A DNA stretch of 64,000 nucleotides from an uncultured Alphaproteobacteria bacterium (GTDB lineage: Bacteria; Pseudomonadota; Alphaproteobacteria; HIMB59; GCA-002718135), in NCBI GenBank assembly GCA_902512325.1, contig CABXIT010000002.1:5009-69008 (forward strand), written 5' to 3'. A model generated the notes under the pieces. It saw nothing but the letters and a program-made list of their open reading frames with translations. It did no database searches and had not been told where the DNA came from. Of the stretch, positions 48,526-58,565 are shown in pieces (position 1 is the stretch's first letter; each line of letters starts with the position of its first letter). The position numbers and the translations under genes are program-made.

Positions 48526-51183
48526 TTAAAAATTAAGAGAAATATCTTTGTGTGTAGAACGACAAGCAGCAACATATATAGCTTGTTCTTTTGTTAATTT
48601 TTCCTGTTGTCTAAGACCAATAGTGGTTTTAATAGAATTATCAAATTTAACTAACTGAGGTAATAATTCTACTTCAGCTTTTTGACGCCATTCTTTTTCT
48701 AATAAGAATATCCCATAAGCTTCATCTATAAGTTTAATTATTTTATTAATATCAGCATCATCTTTTTTTAATGCTCTTCTTGCTTTGGAAAGTTTTTCTT
48801 GAATTAAATCAGCCCCAGCTATTTCATTCAATGCCTTTTCAATAGATTTAATTTCATTCATTCCATCATCTTTTGATACATTAAATATTTTTTCTTTTAA
48901 ATTTTGAATCTCATTATTTAGGTTATTAAGTTTATCTCTATCGATAATAATATTTTTTGTTAATTGAATATTTTCATAAATTGAATCAACATTTCTTCTA
49001 TATAAAGTTATAGCCATTTTATTTTTTAAAGCTAAATCTCTGTATTGATTATTTTCATTTTCCCAGTTAGGAGGAATTTTTTCGCCAATATCTATTTTTT
49101 CTCTATTTAATTTATCTATACGAGATTTAATCTTATCAGCTTTAATTGTTTCATTATCTCTTTCTAGATATTTTTTTTCTTTTTCTAATTTTTTAACTTT
49201 AATATCTATTTTATTTATTTTTTTTTGAATTTTTCTTACAGCTTGGTGCAATGATCTATAATCTATACTATATTCATTTAAATCTAATTTAGTTAATTTA
49301 ATATCTTCTACTAATTCAAAAGTTAAAATGACATTTGTAAAAGTATTTTCTAATAATTCTTTATTTTCTGTAGGCAAATAATTAAGATTAAGAGTGGTTA
49401 AATTATCAATATTGGCTTTAATTATACTTCCATTATTTTCATATAATTCAAATTTATATTCTTGAAGACAGTCTTGTAATCTAGGATTCATCGGAGGAGG
49501 AGATACTTCCGAAGTTAAGTAAGTTCTATATGGCAAATAGTTAACTAAAGAAGGGAAATAACCAACTATTCCTAACCCAAATAGTTGAAGAACTATAAAA
49601 GCTATCGCTCCTCTCCATATTTGAATAGTGGAAACAGTCTTAGGGGCTACTCCTCTTAAATAAAATAGAGAAAATCCAAATGGTGGAGTTAAAAATGACG
49701 TTTGCATATTTACACCTATCATAACGCCTAACCAAACTGCCGTTACGTTTGCATCAGTTTGTGCAAGCAGAATAGGAGCAATGATTGGCACTACAACAAC
49801 AGCTATTTCTATAAAATCAAGGAAGAAACCAAGAATAAAAATTACCGCCATAACTACGAAGAATTGAGTCCAAAAACCTCCAGGTAAACTTGTTAAAAAT
49901 TCAGTAACTAACTCTTCCCCACCAAATCCTCTAAAAGCAGCAGTTAACATAGCTGCACCAACTAGAATAATAAATACCATGGAAGTTGTTACACATGTTT
50001 CTAAAGCTACCCCTTTTAATGTATTATCAATTATTAGAGTTCTGTAAAAACTCCAGAATACAGAAATTGTTAAAGCAAAAACTGCTAAACTGGCTAAAGT
50101 AATTCCAATAACATCATTATAACTAGTTATATCTTTGACTCTCAAATCAAAATTACTCATAAGAAAATAAATTGCCACTAAAGAAAGAACAGCAATTATT
50201 GAAGGTGTGTATGCATGTTTTTTACCTTCATAAAGTCTATATCCGCCCATCATTGTGGCTCCTACAGCTCCAATCGCTCCTGCTTGATTTACAGTTGCTA
50301 TACCTAATATAATTGATCCTAAAACAATAAAAATTAAAGTTAATGGAGGTACTAAAGATAAAAAAACTTTTTTAGTAAAATCTAAATCGTATTTACCATC
50401 ATAAGGCACTGGTGGTGCTACACTAGGTTTAATTCTTGCATAAATTAAAACGTACAACATATATAAACCCACGAGAACTAAACCAGGTAAAAATGCTCCA
50501 AGAAACATATCTCCAGCACTTGTAGAAGATACAGAATATGATCCAGGCATGCTAAACTCACCTGTAAATAATTTATATTCCGCTTGTCTAGCAGTGTTAG
50601 CAACATCTGAGGCACTTGCTAATTGATCTGCAAGTATGATTAACACTATTGAAGGGGGGATAATTTGACCTAATGTTCCCGATGAGCACACTATTCCGCT
50701 TGCAAGTGACTTATCATAATTATTTCTTAACATTGCAGGAAGGGAAATTAAGCCCATAGCAACTACAGTTGCCCCAACAATACCTGTTGTTGCAGCAAGT
50801 AAAGCTCCTACAAATATAACAGAAGTACCAAGTCCTCCGGGAATAGGACCAAAAAGTTGCCCCATTGTAACTAATAAATCTTCAGCTATTTTTGATCTTT
50901 GAAGCATGATACCCATAAAAATAAACAAAGGTATTGCTATCAAAGTGTCTCTTTCAACTTCCCAATAAACAGCTCTAAAATTAGTTATACCTGCTGATAA
51001 CCATTGTATAGGACCATCTTGATGAAAATATTCACTTGGATTATTTGCAAATAAATAGCCAGCTAAAGCAGCCATTAAAATAGTAAGAACAGCCGAACCT
51101 GGAAGAGAAAAGGCAACTGGAAAGCCTGATCCAAGTGCTATAATCATTGTTAAAATGAGAATTAATAAAAATACAGTTTCCAT
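48526..51183 (-). CDS. dctM: TRAP transporter large permease (DctM family) fused to ~330-aa coiled-coil-rich C-terminal domain
   Basis: 885 aa. Residues ~1-555 are polytopic with DctM-like blocks (GFPVAFSL..., IPLFIFMG, GTLGQIIPPS, TPPFGFSLFYL). Residues ~556-885 are hydrophilic and K/E/N/I-rich with heptad-like stretches. Confidence 0.8.
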   Translation of the reverse strand: METVFLLILILTMIIALGSGFPVAFSLPGSAVLTILMAALAGYLFANNPSEYFHQDGPIQWLSAGITNFRAVYWEVERDTLIAIPLFIFMGIMLQRSKIAEDLLVTMGQLFGPIPGGLGTSVIFVGALLAATTGIVGATVVAMGLISLPAMLRNNYDKSLASGIVCSSGTLGQIIPPSIVLIILADQLASASDVANTARQAEYKLFTGEFSMPGSYSVSSTSAGDMFLGAFLPGLVLVGLYMLYVLIYARIKPSVAPPVPYDGKYDLDFTKKVFLSLVPPLTLIFIVLGSIILGIATVNQAGAIGAVGATMMGGYRLYEGKKHAYTPSIIAVLSLVAIYFLMSNFDLRVKDITSYNDVIGITLASLAVFALTISVFWSFYRTLIIDNTLKGVALETCVTTSMVFIILVGAAMLTAAFRGFGGEELVTEFLTSLPGGFWTQFFVVMAVIFILGFFLDFIEIAVVVVPIIAPILLAQTDANVTAVWLGVMIGVNMQTSFLTPPFGFSLFYLRGVAPKTVSTIQIWRGAIAFIVLQLFGLGIVGYFPSLVNYLPYRTYLTSEVSPPPMNPRLQDCLQEYKFELYENNGSIIKANIDNLTTLNLNYLPTENKELLENTFTNVILTFELVEDIKLTKLDLNEYSIDYRSLHQAVRKIQKKINKIDIKVKKLEKEKKYLERDNETIKADKIKSRIDKLNREKIDIGEKIPPNWENENNQYRDLALKNKMAITLYRRNVDSIYENIQLTKNIIIDRDKLNNLNNEIQNLKEKIFNVSKDDGMNEIKSIEKALNEIAGADLIQEKLSKARRALKKDDADINKIIKLIDEAYGIFLLEKEWRQKAEVELLPQLVKFDNSIKTTIGLRQQEKLTKEQAIYVAACRSTHKDISLNF

Positions 51184-52160
51184 TAATTTGATTTAGCTTT
51201 CAAAAGTTTAGAAGAATTACTCATAAAAAAGCTAGTAAACGTAATTAGCATTGTTAAAGCATAAATAGCAAGAAACCCTGCCATTAAATATTTAACCTGC
51301 ATCCCATAACCGCTCATAGATTGTTCAAAAGTTTTAATTGGAGCATTTAATATACATTGTTGGCACCACATTCCTCTAAGTAAAATTGTTGCACAAATTG
51401 GAATGCCCAGTAATAACGAACCTAAAAGATTTGACCACGCTTTTCCTCTTTCAGAAAAATTAGTATAGAGAATGTCAACTCTTACATGTCCTTCTTTTAA
51501 TAAAGCATAGGAACTAGCAAATAAAAAAAGAGATCCGTACCAAAATCTCACAAGATCACCCATAAAAGTTTGTTCATAAGAAAATATAAAACGTGCTACT
51601 ACAATTTGAAATTCAGCTATGACAACTAAAAAAGCTAGCCAAAAAAAACCAAGAGTTTTGGTAAAATAACCAATAATAAAAGCTAATATAATCAAAGGGA
51701 AATGAATATAAGTACCTCTAAAAACTGATTTACCCAAATTCATTCCTAAATTTTCTCCAAATAAAGGAATTAAAAAATCTTCAACTCTTAAAAAGGATAG
51801 AATCATATCGACTAATCCTACAATTAAAACACTCCAAAAACATGATCTGATAATATAAGCGGAAAAATTACTTAAGTATTCAGAATCTTTATTTATTTCA
51901 ACTTGATTATATAATTTAACATAAATGAATGAAATTAATATTGCGATTAAATAAATTAAAAACTGTATCCATGATTTATAAAATTCATTGGAGCTAAGTT
52001 CTTTATTATTTTCAAAAAAAAAATTATAACTTCCGAAAAATTTATCAACTCCTGGATAATCATACCAATGATTTAGTACATTATTAATTAAAAAAGCAAA
52101 TGTAAGAAAGATTATGGACCAACTAAATATTCTTATTGGATTATTTAATTTTTCAATCAT
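51183..52160 (-). CDS. dctQ: TRAP transporter small permease (DctQ-like) with ~150-aa N-terminal extension
   Basis: 325 aa. The C-terminal ~170 aa resemble DctQ (LLKEGHVRVDILY). It lies between dctP and dctM and overlaps dctM by 1 nt. Confidence 0.6.
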   Translation of the reverse strand: MIEKLNNPIRIFSWSIIFLTFAFLINNVLNHWYDYPGVDKFFGSYNFFFENNKELSSNEFYKSWIQFLIYLIAILISFIYVKLYNQVEINKDSEYLSNFSAYIIRSCFWSVLIVGLVDMILSFLRVEDFLIPLFGENLGMNLGKSVFRGTYIHFPLIILAFIIGYFTKTLGFFWLAFLVVIAEFQIVVARFIFSYEQTFMGDLVRFWYGSLFLFASSYALLKEGHVRVDILYTNFSERGKAWSNLLGSLLLGIPICATILLRGMWCQQCILNAPIKTFEQSMSGYGMQVKYLMAGFLAIYALTMLITFTSFFMSNSSKLLKAKSN

Positions 52161-52192
52161 AAATAATGAAAATTTTTACTTACTATAATAAT

Positions 52193-52221
52193 AAAAAAGC
52201 GGAGATTAACTCCGCTTTTTA
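52193..52221 (-). terminator. rho-independent terminator/attenuator between dctP and dctQ
   Basis: A hairpin GCGGAG-attaa-CTCCGC (52199-52215) is flanked by A6 and T5 runs. Read on the minus strand, the stem is followed by a U-run 8 nt after the dctP stop. Confidence 0.6.
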
Positions 52222-52228
52222 TTAAGAA

Positions 52229-53338
52229 TTAAACTCCCAGAGCTCTATTTCTTTGTTTTAAATAAGCTCCATCAGATAGTTTCATCCAAGCTCCAATTTC
52301 AGCACGAGCATTAACAAAACTTTCGTGGGTTCTATTAGCAAGATCGCTGTGTTCAACAACTTCTGCATACACTTCCTCAGAAGCTTCTGCAAAAGCATCG
52401 TAAACATCATCATTGAATTCCTTTAATACAACCCCTTGTTCATCAATAAGTTTTTTAAGCGATGAACCATTATTTGCATTATACTCTGACATCATGATAT
52501 CATTTTCACAAGTAGCAGCAGCCTCAATCAATGCTTGATCAGATGCTGATAAACTTGTTAACCAAGATTTGTTACATCCTGCTGCAAGCATGGAAGCTGG
52601 CTCATGCATTCCTGGATAATAATAGTATTTAGCTGCTTCATAAAATTTCATAAAAGCATCATTCCATGGACCAACCCATTCAGTAGCATCAATTGCTCCT
52701 GAGACAAGATTTTCATAAATTTGTCCACCTGGAAGTGATACTGGAGATGCTCCCAATTTAGCGATTACATCACCACCTAGTCCAGGCATACGCATTTTAA
52801 GTCCCTTAAAATCACTAGCTGAATTAATTTCTTTATTGAACCAACCACCCATTTGAACTCCTGTGTTACCACACATAAAGTTTTTAAGGCCGTATCCATC
52901 AGCAAGTTCATCCCAAAGTTCTTGACCTCCTGCAAATCTAATCCAAGCATTCATTTCTGAATAACTGAAACCAAATGGAACTGCAGTGAAATAAGCCCAA
53001 GCTGGATGTTTACCTTTCCAGTAATAATCAGCTGCGTGATACATTTGCGCATTTCCTGATGCAACTTCATCAAATGAATCAAAAGCACCTACACGTTCAC
53101 CAGCAGCAAAATATTCTACATTAAAGCGACCATCACTCAATGTACTTAATCTTTCTGCAAATCTTTGTGCGCCAGTTCCTAAGCCTGGAAAATCTCTACC
53201 CCAAGTTGCAACCATTGCTATATCTATTCTATCAGCAGCAATTGCTGGAGCAGGAAAAGCTGAAACAGCCGCAACCGCTCCACCTGCTATTCCGGCTTTT
53301 TTTAAAAAGTCACGACGTTTTACATTTTTTTTATTCAT
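52229..53338 (-). CDS. dctP: TRAP transporter substrate-binding protein (DctP family, Tat-exported)
   Basis: 369 aa with a twin-arginine signal KRRDFLKKAGIAGGAVAAVSAFPAPAIA|AD and a strong SD GGGAGGA 3 nt before the ATG. The mature part resembles the mannitol/chloroaromatic (TakP-like) DctP subgroup, from memory. Confidence 0.87.
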   Translation of the reverse strand: MNKKNVKRRDFLKKAGIAGGAVAAVSAFPAPAIAADRIDIAMVATWGRDFPGLGTGAQRFAERLSTLSDGRFNVEYFAAGERVGAFDSFDEVASGNAQMYHAADYYWKGKHPAWAYFTAVPFGFSYSEMNAWIRFAGGQELWDELADGYGLKNFMCGNTGVQMGGWFNKEINSASDFKGLKMRMPGLGGDVIAKLGASPVSLPGGQIYENLVSGAIDATEWVGPWNDAFMKFYEAAKYYYYPGMHEPASMLAAGCNKSWLTSLSASDQALIEAAATCENDIMMSEYNANNGSSLKKLIDEQGVVLKEFNDDVYDAFAEASEEVYAEVVEHSDLANRTHESFVNARAEIGAWMKLSDGAYLKQRNRALGV

Positions 53339-53498
53339 AATTCCTCCCGAATAAATGAAAATTATATAAATTAATCATAACTTTTATTATTAGAGATTAA
53401 TACTGATTTTTAAGGTTATTTAGTAATTTGACAAATTATTTGTTTATAAGATTTTTAGAATACATTTTATAAAAAGAGAATTTTTTTTGATATATATA

Positions 53499-54674
53499 TC
53501 AAAAAGATGGAATATTAGTCTGGTTTCTGCCTAAAATTAGAGAATGGATATCTTCCGTTCCCTCATAAGTTTTTACTGTTTCTAAGTTAACAAGATGTCT
53601 CATTATATGATAATCCTCTATTAATCCATTTGCACCTAGCATATCTCGACAATCCCTAACTATGTCTAAAGATTTTTTACAATTATTTCTTTTTAATATA
53701 GATATTGAATTGATTATATCCTTACCTTCATTCATTGCTTTTGCTGTTATATGACAAGCAGCTAATCCAAGATTTATTTCTGTTTGCATGTCAGCGAGTT
53801 TTTTTTGAATTAATTGATTTGCTGCTAGAGGTTTTTTAAACATAATTCTATTTTCAACATAATCTTTGGCAATCAACCAGCATTCAGTAGCAGAACCTAA
53901 AACTCCCCAGCTAATACCAAAACGAGCCTTATTTAAACAACTAAAGACTGAGCTCCATCCTTCTGTATTTTCAAGGCAATTTGAATTATGAAAATAAACA
54001 TTATCAATTAATATTTGACCTGTTGGACTAATTTTTAAACTTGTTTTATTTTCAATAATATTTGTTGAAAGTCCTTTTGTTTCTTTTTCTAGTATAAATC
54101 CCTTTATTGAATTTGTTTCATGTTTTTCATTAAGTGCCCAAACTATAAATATATCAGCTATAGGAGAGTTAGTTATCCAGTTTTTATTTCCATTTAAAAT
54201 ATAACCATCTTGATGTTTTTTATATGTGGTTTTCATTGATGATGGATCTGAACCGGCTTCACTCTCCGTTAAACCAAAGCATCCAATTTTATCTCCTGAT
54301 ATTAAGTCAGGAAGGTATTTATCTTTTTGTTCTTCATTTCCGAATGAATGTATTGGATGGATTACTAATGATGATTGAACTGAAATTGATGACCTGTAAC
54401 TACTATCAATTTTTTCTATTTCATATGCTATCAAACCATATGCCGTATCTGATGCTCCAGAACCACCATGACTATTAATAGTTGAACCGAGTAATCCAAG
54501 TTTACCAAATTCTTTATAGAGTTCTCGATCAAAATAATGATTTCTATTATGCTTTACAACATTAGGTTTTAGGATTGATTCTGAAAAATCTTTTACATTT
54601 TTTTGGATATGTAGGTCTTCTTCTGATAAATTTTCAAATATAAAAAAGGGATCAAACCAATTATTTTGTTTCAT
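53499..54674 (-). CDS. gcdH: glutaryl-CoA dehydrogenase-like acyl-CoA dehydrogenase
   Basis: 391 aa. GCFGLTESEAGSDPSSM and the C-terminal YEGTEDIH are typical of the GCDH subgroup. Confidence 0.82.
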   Translation of the reverse strand: MKQNNWFDPFFIFENLSEEDLHIQKNVKDFSESILKPNVVKHNRNHYFDRELYKEFGKLGLLGSTINSHGGSGASDTAYGLIAYEIEKIDSSYRSSISVQSSLVIHPIHSFGNEEQKDKYLPDLISGDKIGCFGLTESEAGSDPSSMKTTYKKHQDGYILNGNKNWITNSPIADIFIVWALNEKHETNSIKGFILEKETKGLSTNIIENKTSLKISPTGQILIDNVYFHNSNCLENTEGWSSVFSCLNKARFGISWGVLGSATECWLIAKDYVENRIMFKKPLAANQLIQKKLADMQTEINLGLAACHITAKAMNEGKDIINSISILKRNNCKKSLDIVRDCRDMLGANGLIEDYHIMRHLVNLETVKTYEGTEDIHSLILGRNQTNIPSF

Positions 54675-54727
54675 AGAAAGGTATGCAATATCATTATTTT
54701 ATTATAAGGGAATAATAATAAATAAAT

Positions 54728-55144
54728 ATGGAAAAGAAAATTTATATAGCGTCAGACCATGCTGGTTATGAAATGAAGTCTAAATTATGCGATTATTTTA
54801 AAACATTTATAGATTTGGGAACAAATTCAAATGACAGTGTTGACTATGCAGATTTTGCTCACAATTTAACAAACAATGTATCACAAAATGAGGAAAGTTT
54901 AGGTATTTTGATTTGTGGTACTGGAGTGGGGATGAGTATAGCTGCAAATAGGAAAAAGGGAATTAGAGCGGGATTAGTTAACAGTACTGAAATCACAAGA
55001 TTAATTAGACAGCATAACAATGCTAATGTATTGGTATTACCGGGAAGATTTATGGCAGAAGAAGAGGCAAAAAATTGTGTTCAAATATTTTTAGAAACTG
55101 AATTTGAAGCAGGTAGACACAAACTAAGGATTGAAAAGATATGA
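54728..55144 (+). CDS. rpiB: ribose 5-phosphate isomerase B
   Basis: 138 aa with [11 protein letters not shown] and [13 protein letters not shown]. Confidence 0.92.
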   Translation: MEKKIYIASDHAGYEMKSKLCDYFKTFIDLGTNSNDSVDYADFAHNLTNNVSQNEESLGILICGTGVGMSIAANRKKGIRAGLVNSTEITRLIRQHNNANVLVLPGRFMAEEEAKNCVQIFLETEFEAGRHKLRIEKI

Positions 55145-56430
55145 GTCAAAATTTTTTTAATGATGAAATTAAGTATGCAGATCCTGAAGTATATTTAACT
55201 TTAAAAAAAGAACTTGAGAGACAGCAAAATCAGATCGAATTAATCGCTTCAGAAAATATTGCTTCAAAAGCTGTTCTAAATGCTCAAGGATCTGTTATGA
55301 CTAATAAATACGCTGAAGGGTACCCTGGAAACAGATATTATGGCGGATGTGAATTTGTTGATGAAGCAGAAAATATAGCTTTGGAAAGAGTGAAGAAGTT
55401 ATACGGTTGTAAATTTGCAAACCTACAACCTCATAGTGGCGCTCAAGCTAACCAAGCTGTTTTTTTAGCTCTTTTGCAACCTCATGACACTATACTTGGA
55501 ATGTCGCTAGCGTCTGGTGGACACTTAACACACGGAGCTAAACCTAACTTATCTGGTAAATGGTTTAATCCAATTCAATATGGTGTTAAAAAAGATGGAA
55601 ACGATAAAGATTTAATTGATTACGAAGAAGTTGAAGTTCTCGCAATTGAACATAAACCTAAATTAATTATAGCTGGAGCATCAGCATATCCAAGAACTAT
55701 AGAATGGAAAAAATTTAGAGAAATAGCTGATAAGGTCGGAGCATATCTATTAGTTGATATGGCTCATTACTCAGGTTTGATAGCTGGTAAACAATATCCA
55801 AACCCAATAGAGCATGCTCATGTTGTCACTTCAACAACTCATAAAACATTAAGAGGGGCAAGAAGTGCAATGATTTTGACTAATGATGAAACATTAATAA
55901 AAAAAATTAATAGTGCCGTCTTTCCTGGATTGCAGGGCGGCCCACTTATGCACGTAATGGCAGCTAAAGCTGTTGCTTTTGGTGAGGCACTTAAGCCAGA
56001 ATTTAAGGACTATATAAAAAAAGTTATTGAGAATGCAAAAGTATTTTCATCTTCTTTGGTAAATAATGGGTTCAAAATTGTAACAGGTGGTACTGATTCT
56101 CATATTGTATGGTTAGATTTAACTCCCAAAAATGTTACGGGTGATAAGGCTGAAAAAATACTTGAAGAAGTTGGAATTGCTTGTAACAAAAATGCCATTC
56201 CTTATGATCCTAATCCACCAAAAATAACAAGTGGGTTGAGATTTGGCACAGCTGCTGCCACTTCAAGAGGCTTTAATGAGAATGATTTTAAGGAAATTGC
56301 TGATATTGTATCAGAAGTACTTGATAATATTAATCAAAATGCAGATAATAAAATAGAATTTATCTCTTCAATGAAAAATAAAGTTATTAGTATGTGTAAA
56401 AAATATCCAATTTATAATAAGGCTTTTTAA
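55141..56430 (+). CDS. glyA: serine hydroxymethyltransferase
   Basis: 429 aa with [21 protein letters not shown] and the PLP lysine block [10 protein letters not shown]. Confidence 0.97.
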   Translation: MSQNFFNDEIKYADPEVYLTLKKELERQQNQIELIASENIASKAVLNAQGSVMTNKYAEGYPGNRYYGGCEFVDEAENIALERVKKLYGCKFANLQPHSGAQANQAVFLALLQPHDTILGMSLASGGHLTHGAKPNLSGKWFNPIQYGVKKDGNDKDLIDYEEVEVLAIEHKPKLIIAGASAYPRTIEWKKFREIADKVGAYLLVDMAHYSGLIAGKQYPNPIEHAHVVTSTTHKTLRGARSAMILTNDETLIKKINSAVFPGLQGGPLMHVMAAKAVAFGEALKPEFKDYIKKVIENAKVFSSSLVNNGFKIVTGGTDSHIVWLDLTPKNVTGDKAEKILEEVGIACNKNAIPYDPNPPKITSGLRFGTAAATSRGFNENDFKEIADIVSEVLDNINQNADNKIEFISSMKNKVISMCKKYPIYNKAF

Positions 56431-56882
56431 TGAGATGCCCTTTTTGCAGCAATGAAGATTCTCAAGTAAAAGATTCAAGACCTACAGAAGATAATACTGC
56501 AATCAGGCGAAGACGTATTTGTGAACAATGTGGTTCAAGATTTACTACTTTTGAAAGAATTCAATTAAGAGATTTGATTGTTGCAAAATCCAATGGCCAA
56601 AAAGAAACTTTTGATAGAGATAAGATGTATAGATCCCTATCTTTAGCAGTTAGAAAAAGAAACATAGAAACTGAAAAAATTGAAAAAATTGTTAATGCAA
56701 TTGTTAGAAAGTTAGAGAATACTGGCGAAGGCGAAATTAAAACTGCATTAATTGGACAGTATATTATGGAGGCATTATCTAATCTTGATCAAGTAGCTTA
56801 TGTAAGGTTTGCTTCGGTATATAAAGATTTTAGAGAAGTAAAAGATTTTGAGGATTTTTTAGGAAATCTTGAAGATAAATAA
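56430..56882 (+). CDS. nrdR: transcriptional repressor NrdR
   Basis: 150 aa with a zinc ribbon MRCPFC...[12 protein letters not shown] followed by an ATP-cone. Confidence 0.93.
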   Translation: MRCPFCSNEDSQVKDSRPTEDNTAIRRRRICEQCGSRFTTFERIQLRDLIVAKSNGQKETFDRDKMYRSLSLAVRKRNIETEKIEKIVNAIVRKLENTGEGEIKTALIGQYIMEALSNLDQVAYVRFASVYKDFREVKDFEDFLGNLEDK

Positions 56883-56894
56883 ATATATTTTGTA

Positions 56895-57971
56895 ATGCTT
56901 AGTCATACAAAGTATATTAATAAAGCACATGATTTGGCATCAAAAAATTTAGGAAAAACTTTTCCTAACCCTACAGTCGGATGCATTATTGCTAAAAATA
57001 ATAAAATAATATCTAAAGGAGTAACTAGTAGTACCGGAAGACCACATGCAGAAGAAATAGCGCTTCAAAAAGCAGGTAAAAATGCAAGAGGAGCAACAAT
57101 GTATGTAACTTTAGAACCATGCTTCCATAGTTCACAAAATGGTTCCTGCACAGATCAAATTTTGAGATCAGGTATTAAAGCAATATATATTTCTTGCATT
57201 GATCAAGATCCTAGAACAAAAAATAAAAGTGTTAATAAGCTTAAACGAAATAAAATTACAGTTATTGTAGGTTTAGAAAAAAATAAAACATTAAGAACAA
57301 ATAAATTTTTTTTTAAAAGTTTAGTTAAAAAGAAGCCTTATACTAAAGTTAAAATGGCAATATCAAATGATGAAAAAATAGCCTGGGGTAATTATAAAAG
57401 TAAATGGATTTCAAATTCAAAAAGCAGGTCTTACGTTCATACTTTGAGATCTAAAAGTCAAGCAGTGTTAACTACATCAAAAACTATTATTAAAGACAAT
57501 CCAAGATTTACAGTGAGAAATAGAAATAAAATTATTAAGAGTCTCAATGTTGTTATAATTGATAAAAATTTAAATATTCCTATAAATTCCAGAATTTTAA
57601 AAAATTTACATGAAAAGAGAATTATAATTTTTACATCAAAAAATAATTCTAAATCTCAAAAATTAATTCAGCTTGGATGTGAAATTATTGAGATGAAAAA
57701 AGAAAATAATAAATTAAATTTAAAAAAAATATTTTATAATTTATATAAATTAAAAATTTCTGATTTAATTGTTGAGGCTGGAGGAGTTTTATTTGCTGAT
57801 TTGCTTAAAAACAACTTAGTTGACGAAATTCATTTATTTAAAGCCCCAATAATAATTGGAAAAAAGGGCATTCCTGTAATTAATGGAGAAGACTTGAAAA
57901 ATGTTCATAAGAAATTATTAGAAAAAATTAAATTTGATGATAATTTATATTTTAAATACGAAGTAAAATAA
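56895..57971 (+). CDS. ribD: bifunctional diaminohydroxyphosphoribosylaminopyrimidine deaminase / 5-amino-6-(5-phosphoribosylamino)uracil reductase
   Basis: 358 aa with the deaminase zinc motifs HAEEIAL and TLEPCFH....C, and a reductase half. Confidence 0.9.
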   Translation: MLSHTKYINKAHDLASKNLGKTFPNPTVGCIIAKNNKIISKGVTSSTGRPHAEEIALQKAGKNARGATMYVTLEPCFHSSQNGSCTDQILRSGIKAIYISCIDQDPRTKNKSVNKLKRNKITVIVGLEKNKTLRTNKFFFKSLVKKKPYTKVKMAISNDEKIAWGNYKSKWISNSKSRSYVHTLRSKSQAVLTTSKTIIKDNPRFTVRNRNKIIKSLNVVIIDKNLNIPINSRILKNLHEKRIIIFTSKNNSKSQKLIQLGCEIIEMKKENNKLNLKKIFYNLYKLKISDLIVEAGGVLFADLLKNNLVDEIHLFKAPIIIGKKGIPVINGEDLKNVHKKLLEKIKFDDNLYFKYEVK

Positions 57972-58565
57972 ATGTTTAGTGGAATAATTCAAAATTTAGG
58001 CAAAGTAGTTAATTTTTCTTATGGAGAGTTAGAAATATCAACTGCGCTTAATTTAAGTGATTGTAAAGTAGGTTCCTCTATTTGCTGTAATGGTGTTTGT
58101 TTGACTGCTACAGAAATAACTTTGAATTATAAAGAATATCATTTTAAAGTTAATGTTGGTGAAGAAACGCAACAAAGAACTACATTTTCTCCAAATCTTA
58201 TTAATAATTCTAATTTTATAAATTTAGAAAAGTCTCTCAAAGTTGGAGATGAAATTTCAGGACATTTTGTTTATGGTCATATTGATCGAACAAGTAAGTT
58301 AATAAAAATTAACTATCTGAAAAATAGTTGGGAGTTTATTTTTGAAAATTTTCAAGATGAAGATAAAATATATATAGTTGATAAAGCTTCAATAGCAATT
58401 AACGGAATTTCTTTAACTATTTCTAAGTCAACAAATGAAAATTTTTTTATTTCAGTCATTCCTCACACTTATGAAAATACTAACTTAAAATTCCTTAAAG
58501 AAAATGATATGGTGAATATTGAATTTGATTATTTAGCTAGATTTATAAAAAAAAGTAAAAATTAA
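57972..58565 (+). CDS. ribE: riboflavin synthase (alpha chain)
   Basis: 197 aa with the MFSGII start and an internal duplication (SICCNGVCLT / ASIAINGISLT). Confidence 0.9.
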   Translation: MFSGIIQNLGKVVNFSYGELEISTALNLSDCKVGSSICCNGVCLTATEITLNYKEYHFKVNVGEETQQRTTFSPNLINNSNFINLEKSLKVGDEISGHFVYGHIDRTSKLIKINYLKNSWEFIFENFQDEDKIYIVDKASIAINGISLTISKSTNENFFISVIPHTYENTNLKFLKENDMVNIEFDYLARFIKKSKN

